A DNA stretch of 61,065 nt, counting the filler, from Stramenopiles sp. TOSAG23-6 (taxonomy: Eukaryota): assembly GCA_900128565.1 (NCBI GenBank). It is 16 parts of 16 records of this genome, joined end to end, with 100 filler letters (N's around TTAATTAATTAA, not from the genome) between each part and the next. Parts side by side here need not be neighbours in the genome. Positions count along the whole stretch, not along the records: positions 11,556 to 15,296 come from LT637390.1; positions 15,397 to 19,136 come from LT637391.1; positions 19,237 to 22,973 come from LT637392.1; positions 23,074 to 26,800 come from LT637393.1; 12 more parts are not named here. One strand, 5' to 3'. Below the pieces are notes generated by a model. The model was not told where the DNA came from. It was given only the letters and a program-made list of their open reading frames with translations, and did not search any database. The position numbers and the translations under genes were made by a program. Positions 11,563 through 23,750 of this stretch are shown in pieces. Numbering within the stretch: position 1 is the stretch's first letter; each line of letters begins with the position of its first letter.

Positions 11563-13134
11563 GTGACTCGGGTTCTGATGTCTCTTCTCGTGATCCGCGA
11601 CATTTACCTTCGGTTTCAAAATCAATACAGTTATTCTTTCTGGTTTACAGAGAAAGGAGGATTACCACAAAATTATGTTCACCCGAAAATTATACATAGT
11701 GCTTCTGTATCTATATTTATGGCATCTGCGGCAGATTGGTGGCCAGCATTAATCTTTTTCATACAGTTTTGCGCTACAGTGTGCTTATTAGTTGGCTTCT
11801 GTACACGAAAAGCAAACATTATTGTGTGGTTCTTTTACATGAGTTCACACAGGCGACTACCTTTAACTCAAGATAGTGGATCTATTATACTTATGTTATT
11901 ATTGTTTTGGTCTATTCTGCTTCCAATGAATGCAACACTTTCAATTGACTCCATGAATAGAAATATTCCAAGAGTAAAATCTCTCGTGCTCAGTGGAGGA
12001 AGTGTTGCATTAGTATTACAAATATTTTACATATACATTTTTGCAGTGCTCTTTAAGACTGGTTCTACATGGATAGATGGGACTGCAGTTTATTATGCTA
12101 TGAGTGGTTTGCAACATAGTCGCGAACCATTTTCAACATTTATAAGAGACCATGAAATCCTATGGAGATCTGCTACTCATTTTGCTCAGTTTTGGGAATT
12201 CTATGGTGCTTTACTAATACTATGTCCTTTCTTTTTCGAAAAAGTTCGTACTTTCACATGTCTAGTATTTCTTTCATTGCATATAGGTTTTTTTGTGTTT
12301 CTTATACTTGATGACTTTCCATACATATGTATGGCATATTGGATCGCATTGTTTCCAGGAACAGTTTGGGATATGTTAAGATGGGAACTAGATAATAATG
12401 CATCAATTAATGAAAAGAAATTAAAACATTTATCGCGGCCAATGAAAGTGGTGTCTCGCATAAAATTTGTTTTCGACATTCTTTTCCAATGTGTGGCTTT
12501 ATATTTAATATGTGTTATTTGTTTAAAAAGTAATTTGAGGTGGTTGAAAGGATACGAGTGGGAAATGAGCAAAATGGAGGACAATATTGCCCGGGCACTA
12601 TCATTACACCAAAAATGGTCAATGTTTGCACCAAATCCCTCAAGAAATACTGGATGGTACATACTTCCAGCTGTAATGAAAAATAATGAAGAATTGGATT
12701 TGTTGGCAAATGGTTTCTTTAAACCTGGACCTGTAAATTGGGCTACTGGTGAGGAAATTGATTCATGGACAGTATCAATTCCGCCACAAAACAAAATATC
12801 AAATCGTGAACCAAAATTTACTAATAAAACGTTTTTACATTTAAGTCGTCTGCAACCAGCAGTCCGTTTAAGTGAATTAGAAAGTCAAAAGTGGTGGAGA
12901 TATTTTGTATATCTTCGCAAGAATAACTATAAGGATTTGCGACGAAATTTTGGTAAGGGTATCTGTCGTGTCTGGAACTCATCTCATAGTGGTGGAGAAA
13001 GACTTCATTCATTCATGCTTGTATGGATGTGGTATAAAATAGGAGCTCCATACGATAATTCAGTTTCTGAAACAAAGCCAACATTACTTTATAATCGTCA
13101 TTACTGTTTCAAAGAAGACTTTCCCAAAAAATAA
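11563..13134 (+). CDS. HTTM-domain multi-pass membrane protein, intronless, 5'-truncated
   Basis: LLVGFCTR, LLLFWSILLP...SID, QIFYIYIFAVLFKTGSTWIDGTAVYYAM, LHIG, QKWSMFAPNP. Confidence 0.8.
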   Translation: MTRVLMSLLVIRDIYLRFQNQYSYSFWFTEKGGLPQNYVHPKIIHSASVSIFMASAADWWPALIFFIQFCATVCLLVGFCTRKANIIVWFFYMSSHRRLPLTQDSGSIILMLLLFWSILLPMNATLSIDSMNRNIPRVKSLVLSGGSVALVLQIFYIYIFAVLFKTGSTWIDGTAVYYAMSGLQHSREPFSTFIRDHEILWRSATHFAQFWEFYGALLILCPFFFEKVRTFTCLVFLSLHIGFFVFLILDDFPYICMAYWIALFPGTVWDMLRWELDNNASINEKKLKHLSRPMKVVSRIKFVFDILFQCVALYLICVICLKSNLRWLKGYEWEMSKMEDNIARALSLHQKWSMFAPNPSRNTGWYILPAVMKNNEELDLLANGFFKPGPVNWATGEEIDSWTVSIPPQNKISNREPKFTNKTFLHLSRLQPAVRLSELESQKWWRYFVYLRKNNYKDLRRNFGKGICRVWNSSHSGGERLHSFMLVWMWYKIGAPYDNSVSETKPTLLYNRHYCFKEDFPKK

Positions 13135-13404
13135 AATAATGTTACAAATAAATTTAACAAATATTACTTTGCGAAAACTTTAATCCCCCACGAAATATTT
13201 TGTGCAGTTACCGGGTATCTATAATGATATCAGATTTCGAGGTTTTGACCGCCGACATCGACTAGACACAGACACAGGAATCAATCATACTGTAGGATGA
13301 TAAAGAGAGATGATGACACATTGCCGATTGTCTAAGTCAAATAATAGTATTTCTCGTTAACATTATCTCTGCATTTTTTCACAGCCATCTTAGAAATAAG
13401 AAGA

Positions 13405-15214
13405 ATGACGGAGTTATATATGCGGGATACAATAATAGAGTATCCTTTACCGAAATTACAACTGAGTGGCTCTTCATTGTGCTCCGATACGCATGGAAAT
13501 AGTAGGGAGTGCAAAAACGTTCTCTTAGATTGCAACAACTTACGATTTTGTTTTGGTTGTGCATCTAATATTCTAAATAATCGAAACATTACAGTATCTC
13601 GAAAGGTGGCAGTTATGGAAGATATGAATACATGTTTATATGTTTTGGATGGATCTCATCTGAGTGTACAGTCCAGAGTAAGGTTAGGTGAAACTCTGTG
13701 TGAACTCCTCAGCTCTTCTACACCCGAAATTTCAGAGCTAGCGTTTGAAGTTCTCGAAAGTCACTTCTTTACACCACTGTTCAAACATCTTTTAAAAATT
13801 GTTGTCAATATAATTAAGAAACTAGGTTGGTCTAAATCATTTCAATATCTCGATTTATTGTTTAGAATATGTTCAAAGAATGAAAGTGTTGCTCAAGAAC
13901 TTTCTCTACATTCTCATTTTTTATGTGGTCTAGTTCACGGACTAGGTTGCCTCATTGGTCAAATTCGTTTAATTTCTTGCAAACTCGCTTTCCTTTTGAT
14001 AGATACAATTGACACCAATAAATCCTATTTCAATGAAGCATTCCGCATGAATCCAGAAATCTTATTCATGAATCTCAAATTTGCAACGACTCTCATGAGT
14101 AGTTCTTCTGGATCTCTCGGTGTACCTTCAGATTTGAAAAGTAGTTATAATACATATAATACAACAAATGATAATTCTATTGATTATATCACAAAATTTG
14201 GTAGTACTATAGGAAACACTGTCCATGGGGCGAATACGACATTGAAGCTATCTCCCGAAGAATCTCTGGAATTTGTAAAGTATATGTACGTTTTCTTCTG
14301 AAAATTCCAATATTTCGTGTGACAATTTAAAAACAATATGTTTTTTTACTATGAAAATTTTGTACGTAACATTTTTTTCAAACGTAAATCATATTTTTTC
14401 ACAGCACACAATCCAACTTCTTCGAGTATTACTTACACATGATAATAATTCAATTCAATGGATGTTTTTTCGAAATAGTATAAAAAGTAATAATAAGCCG
14501 CAATATAGCAATCCGTTAGGTACGAAAATGGGTACAAATTTAATTTCAAATTTGCAAAGTAACTTTTCTCAAGATGATACCAACAAGCTCAGCTATGGTT
14601 TCAACGTTTTGATTTGCACTTTAAAAACACTTTTTTTAAGAAATGATATCGGAAATATGATTGGAATATCCTTTATGAATGGTATTCTAAAACAATGCAT
14701 TACACTAAATGATTCTCGTNNNNNNNNNNNNNNNNNNNNNNNNNNNNNNNNNNNNNNNNNNNNNNNNNNNNNNNNNNNNNNNNNNNNNNNNCATTTTTTT
14801 TCATACGAAATTTTGTACCTAACAAATTCTAGTTTTTTTTTTTTGAAATATTTTCCCAAAATACATGAATGTTTCATTTATTTGTCAAATGTCAAAATTA
14901 TTAATGAAAAGTTTTGTAGATAATGACATAACAGAATATATATTTGAAGCAATACGAAATTTCAATACACTTGAAATAAATAAAAATAATGGTATGAACA
15001 ATAGCACAAACAAACAAAACTTCAAAATCAATATCGAATTTGAAAATACTCAAAATGTAAAAATTGAAATATTAGATACTTTACTGTCACTCATATATAC
15101 TCCTGATTTTGCCTTTTACAAAAGATCTACTACTATTGTTGGAATCTCAATGGTAATGGTACTTGCAGAATTAGCAATTAAGAATGGTAATTCAACATTA
15201 ATCTTACGTGCTAT
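13405..15214 (+). CDS. MEI1/PRD1-like meiotic double-strand-break factor, 5' part with introns
   Basis: RFCFGCASNILNNRNITVSRK...LCELL...ELAFEVL...AQELSLH..LVHGL follows the MEI1 N-terminal pattern as I recall it (RLCLACALELL...VRK...LADEL...LLRGL). Confidence 0.55.
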
Positions 15215-15455
15215 GTATGTTTTATTTTTTTCAAATTCGATTTTTTTTTTCGTACGAAATTCTGTACCTAACGATTTTTTTTTGAAATATTTTTCCNNNN
15301 NNNNNNNNNNNNNNNNNNNNNNNNNNNNNNNNNNNNNNNNTTAATTAATTAANNNNNNNNNNNNNNNNNNNNNNNNNNNNNNNNNNNNNNNNNNNNTTAG
15401 GTATGAAATTTCGTATGAAAAAAAAAATTAAATTAGAAATTCATATAAAACATAC

Positions 15456-18400
15456 ACCTCCCAAACTCTTTAAATAATGTAAAGTTTCCTCTTTAGCAAC
15501 TTCTTCACTCACATCGAAAACTAATTTATTAATTACATCATTTCCTTCTACATTTTTGAGCTTGACTATATTCTGATTTTTCACTCTACTCAGAATGAGC
15601 TTTGTAATATTGAGTGTTTTATCACCGCCTTCAATTGAATAGTGTATCGGCGTTTCACCCGCAGCATCTATTATATTAACTGATGCTTGCATTGTAACAA
15701 TACACCAGCGAGCCATCTTCAATGAACTGGACTTGGCAGCAGCATGAGCTAGACCCTGTAAATAAGTTTTGCTTTGTAGCTGCATTAGAATTGCTATTGG
15801 AATATGAGCAATTCTCGAAAAGTCAACGGCTTTATAATTCCTCAAATATGTAAGAGAAAGACACTCGTCCATATTATCTTCCGTAATTGCTTTATACATT
15901 GATAAAAACCATTCTGACATTCGTTTTTCCTTCATACGACAAATCCACCATCGTTCTATTTTTTTACAACTCGATTTCATATGATTCTGGACTCTTAGCA
16001 TATGGCGCAATCTCCAATTTCTTTGCACAACAGAAATACTCCACTTGTGAGAATAATATTTGATTTTATACTGTGATCTCTTAGCCCATCTAGATAATAA
16101 AATTTGGGCTTCTTTTATGCGGAAAAATTTATTCCGGGCTATAAACATACGCACTGTTGCATTCAACACTGATGTACCTATATATACTACACGCGCCATT
16201 GAACGATTTAAACACATTACACTAAACGCTGCTAATTCGGCATTTGATTGATTTTCTAATTCTGCTCTTCTGATCATCTTTTTGAGTAAATACCTCCCGA
16301 GAACTCCACGAATATGTTTTTGTACTCGCTTTTTCACTCGAAGATTATGTAATGCAGATAGAAGAGAATGACCAATGGATGATACTGCAATCTTTTCTTT
16401 CGATAGATTGATATAGTATTCTGTAAGTGCATTTAAGTCTTTGCTTGTTCTTTTTCTACTTAATCTCTTGCTGGCCTCATAAAATAAGGAATATAGATGA
16501 AAACTTTTCCAGCTGCGTTGGACAACTTTTGACGCGTCTACTGCAGCAATATTCCACTTATACTTTTTGCGTGCCTTTATACAATAAATCATTGATTGTA
16601 CCTTTCGTATTTTTGGTTCTAGTGCTTCATATTTTCTCTTGCTCAATACAGCGCGATATGTAAGTCCCAAATGTATTTTGGAAAAATATTTCAAAAAAAA
16701 TGTAAAAAAATTGTTAGGTACAAAATTTCGAACGAAAAAAAAAATTGGAATTTGAAAAAAAAATAAAACATACATTGGTCACTGCTTCAACATATTGGCG
16801 AAGTTTTTCTCGAGCGACCCAAAACTTTGACCACGTTTGAATAGTTGTAGTAACCTTGGACTGATGCCAGGTAGTCAATATATCGAGTGAGTTATCTTTG
16901 CCAAAAAAAAGTGTATGTATTTTGGAAAAATATTTCACAAAAAAAATCGTTAGAAACAACATTTCGTACGAAAAATAAATTCAAAATTGAAAAAAAACTA
17001 AAACATACATCTCCCATTGCCCAAAAATGTTTCTCTGAAGTTTCACCGGTAGCTGCATCCTTTATAGTCTTTGGCTTAGGAAGGACCGCATCAGCAATTT
17101 GTTTGGTTGCCTCTTTTGAATCCATGTTTTTATCCATACCCAGTAAAATGTGATATCCTTTTAGAATACATCGATTTTTCCAAAAGTTATCGTAGGTTTC
17201 TCTAAATGGGTATCCTTCCTTTTTAATCTTTACAACAGCCATCACACCTGCGTATAACAATTGCCTATATGTCTTCCAATCGTTAAATGCAGCTTCTCCA
17301 TCTATCGGTCTATAGTGTATATCGTTTGGTTTGACACATCGCACGTAATGAGGCGTGGTTGAATCTAAACTTTTTGACAGAGACGACAGCTGGTGAAGAT
17401 ATTTTGAGGCTAATGTTTTGAACTTTTTACCTTTCTTTTTCTCAGAATACAAATCTTTCACAAATGAAACAGTTGAACCTTGTACCAGTTCCGTCAACTG
17501 TGGTGGGAGTTTGTCCTTATTTTTTGGTAGAAATTCTTTAGCATTGTACTTGACATTTCCTGCGAAATGCACAATGTAGAAAATATGTTGCTTTTTCTTG
17601 TCACAAAAAAAGTATTCAGAAGCAGCCTTGGCCATTTTAGTTTTAGCTTTCTTAAAAATTCCTTTCTTTTTGCCATATTTTTTTGAACACATTGACAAAT
17701 AGTCTTTGTAATCTTTATTATCACTCATATCATCGAGCATAGGAAAAATACCCATAAACTTTTTTGTTTTCTTTGCTACTAAATTGCAGCAAGGACCATT
17801 GTCCTTATGTTCTGGTAACATTGAGGCATCCAATCCTTCACCAATATATGTATTGGCTTCATCATCAAACACATGATGATTAAACAGATATTGAAGTTTT
17901 TCGTTCGCAAAATTGATACAAAGTTGCTCAATTGAATTATTGGGCATAAGTTCAAACCCAAAGATATCCAGTAATCCCACAAAAGACTGTTTTTCGGACT
18001 TTGGCTCTAAGACTCCATTGCAAACATCATCAATCAACCAGTCGAAGACATGATCGTAAATATCTTTCGCCAAAGCATTGCGATTATCTTCAGATTTACT
18101 TGGATTACATGGTTTGTCTGCAAACTTACCTCCAGGTAAATTAATTCTATAAATTACGAGCATGTCACCGAAGGTTTTGGGCAAACCAAGTAATTCTGCA
18201 ACTTCTTCACAATAGCTTGGATCTTTAACTTTTGCTCCATCTCCATCTTTAACAAACTCAACACTTAATAGTTTGAGGCATCCTGCAATTGTGGCCCAAA
18301 GTACATGCTGTTGAGCCTCATCTACATTTGCAGCAGTAAGAGCAGCCCTAACGCCAGTGTCATCAGGATCATCTGCTAGAGGAGCATTCATCTTTAAGGC

Positions 18401-19137
18401 ATCATAATCAGCACCAAGGCCGTGTCCAATGAGTGAAGATCCACCTTCACAAAGTTTCGGATAATCATCGCAATTTTTCAATTTAAAATCTTCAACCTCT
18501 GTATGCCCACCTTCTTTTCCACCTCTGATAATTTCATAAAAGATGTGATAACTTCTTTCACCGGAACCTTGACCACATATATTGCGAAAAAATATTTTTT
18601 TTTGGTTTAAAAAATTCATTAGGTATACAATGTTTTGAAAAAAAAATTAATTTAAATTCATGATGGAAACGTACATAAACGTGCTTTTTCCAATAAGTAG
18701 TGCTCTAATTCCGCACCAATGATTTTACCGTCATTGAACCAAATCTTTGTAAATTTACCAAATCGGGAGGAATTATCATTCATGTTTGTTTTTGCATTTC
18801 CAAAGGCCTCTAAAAAAGGACTAACGCCCGCCACTAAAGAGGTTACATCTACGCCTCCTGTGAGTTTCTCTCCTTGTGACAACTTACGCCAGTTGGATAA
18901 TTTAGCTAAATATTTCATTATGAACCCACAAGCAACTGTCTTACCAGCACCAGATTCACCTGAGACTACGCAACTTTGATTTATTTTTTCCAAAGAAGTG
19001 TCTTGGCTGCCCCAATATGCGAAATGAGCCGAGGCATATGCATTCGGTTCAGTACCTAATTTATAATTTTTTTGATTTGGATACTCCGCAATATCTACCA
19101 TTTTTGGAAGTAACATATATGGGTTTAAGCATAGTAN
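15456..19137 (-). CDS. Myosin with IQ-like neck and C-terminal ankyrin repeats (partial, 3 internal introners)
   Basis: SGESGAGKT, LEAFGNAKT..NDNSSRFGKF, ERSYHIFY, LDIFGFE, EQLCINFANEKLQ, PHYVRCVKPN; tail GETPIHY. Confidence 0.93.
16671..16773 (-). mobile_element. Introner-like intron, GT-AT
   Basis: acc aat|GTATGTTTT...CCAAAATACAT|ttg gga, phase 0. Confidence 0.8.
16915..17008 (-). mobile_element. Introner-like intron, GT-AT
   Basis: gga gat|GTATGTTTT...CCAAAATACAT|aca ctt gives WAMGD-TLFFGK (myosin converter G.TK.F motif position). Confidence 0.8.
18577..18674 (-). mobile_element. Introner-like intron, GT-AT (diverged)
   Basis: tta t|GTACGTTT...CAATATAT|gt ggt gives LLEKARLCGQGSGERSYHIFY with normal myosin spacing. 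Confidence 0.85.
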
Positions 19138-19346
19138 NNNNNNNNNNNNNNNNNNNNNNNNNNNNNNNNNNNNNNNNNNNTTAATTAATTAANNNNNNNN
19201 NNNNNNNNNNNNNNNNNNNNNNNNNNNNNNNNNNNNTGATAGTCCCTTGCGTTGAAAAAGGAGGCAAGAGCAAGTTCCAGGTTCATGTTCTAACTTCTCG
19301 ACCGGTTGACATTCAGCCAGCAACTAAAAAGCCTAGCAAAGCTCAG

Positions 19347-20739
19347 GTGGACCTCATCAAAATTGAGTTGGAAGAGAAACAAGAGGAGCACGCTGCAGCC
19401 TGGGCCTCGAAAAAGGCAAAGAAGAAGAAAAAAAAGAAGGAAAAGAAAAGGAAAAAGAAACACGAAACATCAAGGGATAGAAAGAGGGCTAAGCGTAGAC
19501 GTAAAGCTCGTTCTAGTTCTTGGTCTACATCGTCGTCTAGTTCAGGGGAAGAAGTCTCCTCTAGTCATGCTCGACCAAATCATACAAACTACCTCGACGG
19601 AGAGCGTCTAATAATAGATTTACTTGTTGGTAGGGATTCTCTGAAGTCAGATTTATTAGCTGTATTGTCGGCATTGGATAACAGTCAGTCTATAGATCTT
19701 GGAGATGTTGCTGACTCAACTGTAAGAAATTCTTTAACGTCGATATTTAGACAAATTGGACTTTTTGAAACTCACGGAAAGAAGCAATTTAAAAAGTCTG
19801 ACTTTAGTATTAGTTTAGTTGATAGATACAAACACCTTTTGTCTAATAATGATAGTACCAGTTCTAGTGACAAAATATCAAAGGATGCGGCTGTGATTGA
19901 CAATGATGATAAACTTGTTGAGAAAAAACAAGAATGTATTCCAAAAACTGTCAAAATTATTGGAGCTTCTAAGCCCCCTCAGGGATGGGTACAACAAACT
20001 TCATCAAATGTCATGGTTGATCATATTCCTTCTGCTGCAGAAGAGTCATCCGAAGATGAATGTATTGGACCTTTCGCTGCAGAGTCAAAGTATTCTAGAA
20101 AAGCTGATCCAAGTACAGTTCAAATGGTAGCAAAAAGTGCGGACAAGGAAAAACGACGTCGTCGTCGAATGAAGAGAAGAATGTGGCAAAAGCGAACTGG
20201 TTTAAAAGTTGAAGATACAAGTAGTTACTCTGATAGTGATGATAATAATGAAGCTTCTTATAAAACATCTATGCCTACACAAAGGGATTCTTGGATGACG
20301 TCACTTCCTGATAAAGGGGATACTGCTAGAATTTTAGGAGCATTGGAGAAAAAGGGTAAAACGCGACATTTTCGGACAGATGATTCCACAAATATTCACC
20401 AAGATTCGTCCTGGACAGACACTCCAGGTACTAAAAAAAAAAGAAAGGCCACAACCAATTCAAATTCTTCAAAATCTGAGAGAAATATAAAGAAAAAAAA
20501 ACAGAACATAGAAAGTAAACGACTTTTAGATTTACATGTACGTTTGCAATTTCAATTTATTTTTTTTTGAAAATTTTGTACCTAACAAATTTTAGTTTTT
20601 TTTTTTGAAATATTTTGTCACATCACATAAATACATCATTGAATAATAGTTAGGTTCTAGATGCAAGGTCCGAGATATGAAGGGTGTGAATAGCGCTGTT
20701 GCTGATGCTACTTCTGGATTAAATAGTCGTTTTTCCTAA
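19347..20739 (+). CDS. GPALPP1/DUF3752-like protein, partial; 3' junction unresolved
   Basis: CIGP, RDSWMTSLP, SSWTDTP, LLDLH and a terminal LNSRF; introner starts at 20538. Confidence 0.55.
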
Positions 20740-20834
20740 ATATTTCTTTGATTATTAAAAACTTTAAAAAAAAATGCTCCAATTCAAATTTATTCATACT
20801 TAATTTCCATAATATTCTCAGTATATACTAGTAA

Positions 20835-21228
20835 TTAATTGTATAGTAAACTAAATAAATATTCGCACTCAAGTGTACCATCAGAAGGTAAAAGAGTTGA
20901 CATCACACCAGATTGAGTCTGACTAACGCCATATATTTTGGAAAAATATTTCAAACTTTTTTTTGTTAGGTACAAAATTTCGTACGAAAAAAAATTGGAA
21001 TTTGAAAAAAAAATAAAACATACATCAACTGAGCTTCCTGAAATCAGCGACACAAGTTTCTGAATTATTATTCTGAGATTGCTGTCCAGGTCGAATTTCC
21101 ATAGCCATACATGTATTGTGAAAAATAGTTTTGATTTTGTTTTGTTAGGTACGAAATTCCGTATGAAAAAAATATATAAAAAAAAAAAAAAAAAAAAAAT
21201 AAAACTTTTTTTNNNNNNNNNNNNNNNN

Positions 21229-21265
<37 letters not shown>

Positions 21266-22415
21266 AACTTTTTTTTGTTTAGGTACAAAATTTCGTATGA
21301 AAAAAAAAAATTCGAAATGAAATAAAACATACAGGTCCCTGAGCATAACTCTTTCACATATTTTTCGTAACCTGGGATAACTCCTTTACAAACCTCTGAG
21401 AATTCCTCAGCTGCACCCAGATCTAAATCAAATGAGGATAAAGCAGAGATTTCCCAGCCAGTAGCAAGAATTTCAGATACCACTGAGCCAGTATTTTTTG
21501 CTTTTACAGCATGTGGTAATACAATACAACATGTATTTTGGAAAAATATTTCAAAAAAAATCTAAAAANNNNNNNNNNNNNNNNNNNNNNNNNNNNNNNN
21601 NNNNNNNNNNNNNNNNNNNNNNNNNNNNNTCGATTTTTTTGTAAAAAAAAAAATAAAACAAACATGTACAATTAGTTAAAGTGGCCGAAGAATTGGAAGC
21701 ACTTCCCAATTTTCTTTGTCCATCACCCCAGAACATATCACAAAAATCGCCACCAAAAGCCAGACCACCAAAACGAGTGGAAAAAGTATTGTCAAAAAAT
21801 ATGTTTTGAAGTTTGAAATTCGTTAGGTAAAATACTTTAGAAATGGTACAAAAATAGAAAAAAAAATTACGGGACAACGTACAACTACGCCATTCCTCGA
21901 GACCGTTTTGATGACGCAGCTCCATCACGAGAGCAGATTCTTTTGTGAGAGATCCCAATGATACAGATTCATCACCTAGAGTACTTACAAGTCTCTTGGC
22001 GTCACCGTCCGAAAATCGGACCATTTTAAGACGAGACAGCTGGAAATATTTATCTACAAGGTCAATGACAGATCCCATACGAGAGTAACTGTTAACAACA
22101 ACTGCACAAAATGCTNNNNNNNNNNNNNNNNNNNNNNNNNNAAACACTCTTTGTATAAGGATCAGCAAAATCAACAATTTCCATTTGTCGTGAATAGACA
22201 ATTATCTTTGCTCCAATATAGAGGTCTGATTTTCCAACACCTTCATATGGAACGCGTTTCAAAAAACAACGATTATTTTTAAGATCATATAACTCAATCT
22301 CGGGTAGCTCCCCACGACGTACAAAATAAGTCATTCGATATTTCCTTATAATCTCCGCTTGAGAGTCAAACCATTCAAGAATGAATCCAAAAGATTCATC
22401 ACATCCAGTCGGCAT
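20835..22415 (-). CDS. NME7: Nucleoside diphosphate kinase 7-like (DM10 + NDK domains), four family introns
   Basis: FILEWFDSQA...ELYDLKNNRCFLKR...DLYIGAKIIVYSRQ; TNCTCCIVLPHAV; AEEFSEVCKGV; SGTCMAMEI; DGTLECEYLF. Confidence 0.85.
21111..21332 (-). mobile_element. Introner-like intron, GT-AT, two cores, contains a gap
   Basis: acc t|GTATG...AATACAT|gt atg gives SGTCMAMEI. Confidence 0.8.
21531..21663 (-). mobile_element. Introner-like intron, GT-AT, contains a gap
   Basis: aca t|GTTTGTTTT...AAAATACAT|gt tgt gives TNCTCCIVLPHAV. Confidence 0.85.
21784..21882 (-). mobile_element. Introner-like intron, GT-TT with TT/TT duplication
   Basis: agt t|GTACGTT...TACCTAAC...CAATACTT|tt tcc; 99 nt, in frame. 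Confidence 0.55.
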
Positions 22416-22661
22416 TGTAGAAAATGATGGACAATAATAATTATAAAATGCTCAAAGTNNNNNNNNNNNNNNNNNNNNNNNNNNNNNNNNNNNNNNNNNN
22501 NNNNNNNNNNNNNNNNNNNNNNNNNNNNNNNGGTTTCCGACGAATCAAAAAAGAAGCAGGTTTGCGCGAGAAAATTTTTTGAAACAAACGCGGTTCTGAA
22601 AACAACTTTTTTTTTGCTGGAAGAGAGAAGAGAAAGCGATAATATAATATTATCACCGACT

Positions 22662-22973
22662 ATGAATGGAACTTTCGAAACTAAAGGTACTGATAATGTA
22701 CCGGTATCTAGAAAAGGTCTATTCAGATCTTTTAGAGAAAAAAAAATTGGAGGGGTTCTTCGAATCTTGCGGGCATTGAATATTTGCAATGGTTTACTTT
22801 TACTTCTCATTTACCCTATGGGTTTTCTCGCAAATATGATTTCTTTTGACATCACCTTCTACTTTTTTAGCTTCTATTGTATTTGCTTTGCCCTTCTACT
22901 GATATGTTTTGAGATAAATCTTACTGCGTGTCGTCAAAAGCTGAGAAAGAATTTTGGCTTCATGTTCAGCTTT
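22662..22973 (+). CDS. COPI-associated/TVP15-like Golgi membrane protein, partial
   Basis: FYCICFALLLICFEI...LRKNFGFMFSF. Confidence 0.7.
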
Positions 22974-23159
22974 NNNNNNNNNNNNNNNNNNNNNNNNNNN
23001 NNNNNNNNNNNNNNNNNTTAATTAATTAANNNNNNNNNNNNNNNNNNNNNNNNNNNNNNNNNNNNNNNNNNNNTTTTTTTTTTAACAAAAAAATCGAATT
23101 TTTTTTTTATAAAAATTTTGTACCTAACGTTTTTTTTCAAATATTTTTCCAAAATACAT

Positions 23160-23666
23160 GGTGGGATTTTTACATTAACTGATAATGATGGATCGAATAT
23201 AATTCACCTCTCTAATGTAAAATGGTCAGGTCGATGGAGTCCTCTATTCCATGCGACAGTAGTAGAAAGTAGCACTGTAAATGTAACTGATAGTGACATT
23301 GCAAATAGTAAAAATATTAGAGCACAATATATTGATACATCCACACACGGTATTCAGATACAATATGGAGGTGGTATTACAAATGTAATTACTAGAAGTA
23401 TTCGCGAAAAAGAGTTAGTCAAACATATGATTCCAAAAGAAGAAAAAGATTTATCGAAATGGTTACTATCACCTATGCCAGGAAAACTTGTATCAATTTC
23501 TGTCAAAGAAGGAGATCAAGTCCAACCAGGACAAGAACTCGCTATAGTCGAGGCAATGAAAATGCAAAATATTCTACGGGCTGAGAAAAAAGGTGTTGTG
23601 AAATCTTTACTTTCTAGTGTTGGTGCAACACTTGTCGTTGATGATCAAATTGTTGAGTTTGATTAG
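23160..23666 (+). CDS. PCCA: Propionyl-CoA carboxylase alpha subunit, last exon (biotinyl domain)
   Basis: LLSPMPGKLVSISVKEGD...IVEAMKMQNILRAE; exon follows AAAATACAT. Confidence 0.8.
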   Translation, partial: GGIFTLTDNDGSNIIHLSNVKWSGRWSPLFHATVVESSTVNVTDSDIANSKNIRAQYIDTSTHGIQIQYGGGITNVITRSIREKELVKHMIPKEEKDLSKWLLSPMPGKLVSISVKEGDQVQPGQELAIVEAMKMQNILRAEKKGVVKSLLSSVGATLVVDDQIVEFD

Positions 23667-23750
23667 AAAAATAAAGTTAAAATGTTTTTATAATTTGAAC
23701 AATTTATATTTATTTTACTTTGAATTTTTAATTTAGCTGAGACATCGTGA

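Noticed and set aside
16671-16773. Elements as DNA-eliminated IES-like sequences
   Set aside because: Sense orientation, U1-type donor and branch point favour RNA splicing; not formally excluded without reads
21024-21050. In-frame TGA after DFRKLS in NME7 as recoding or selenocysteine
   Set aside because: About 20 expected residues are missing and the frame shifts, which fits an assembly deletion; TGA is a normal stop elsewhere (e.g. 36932-36934)
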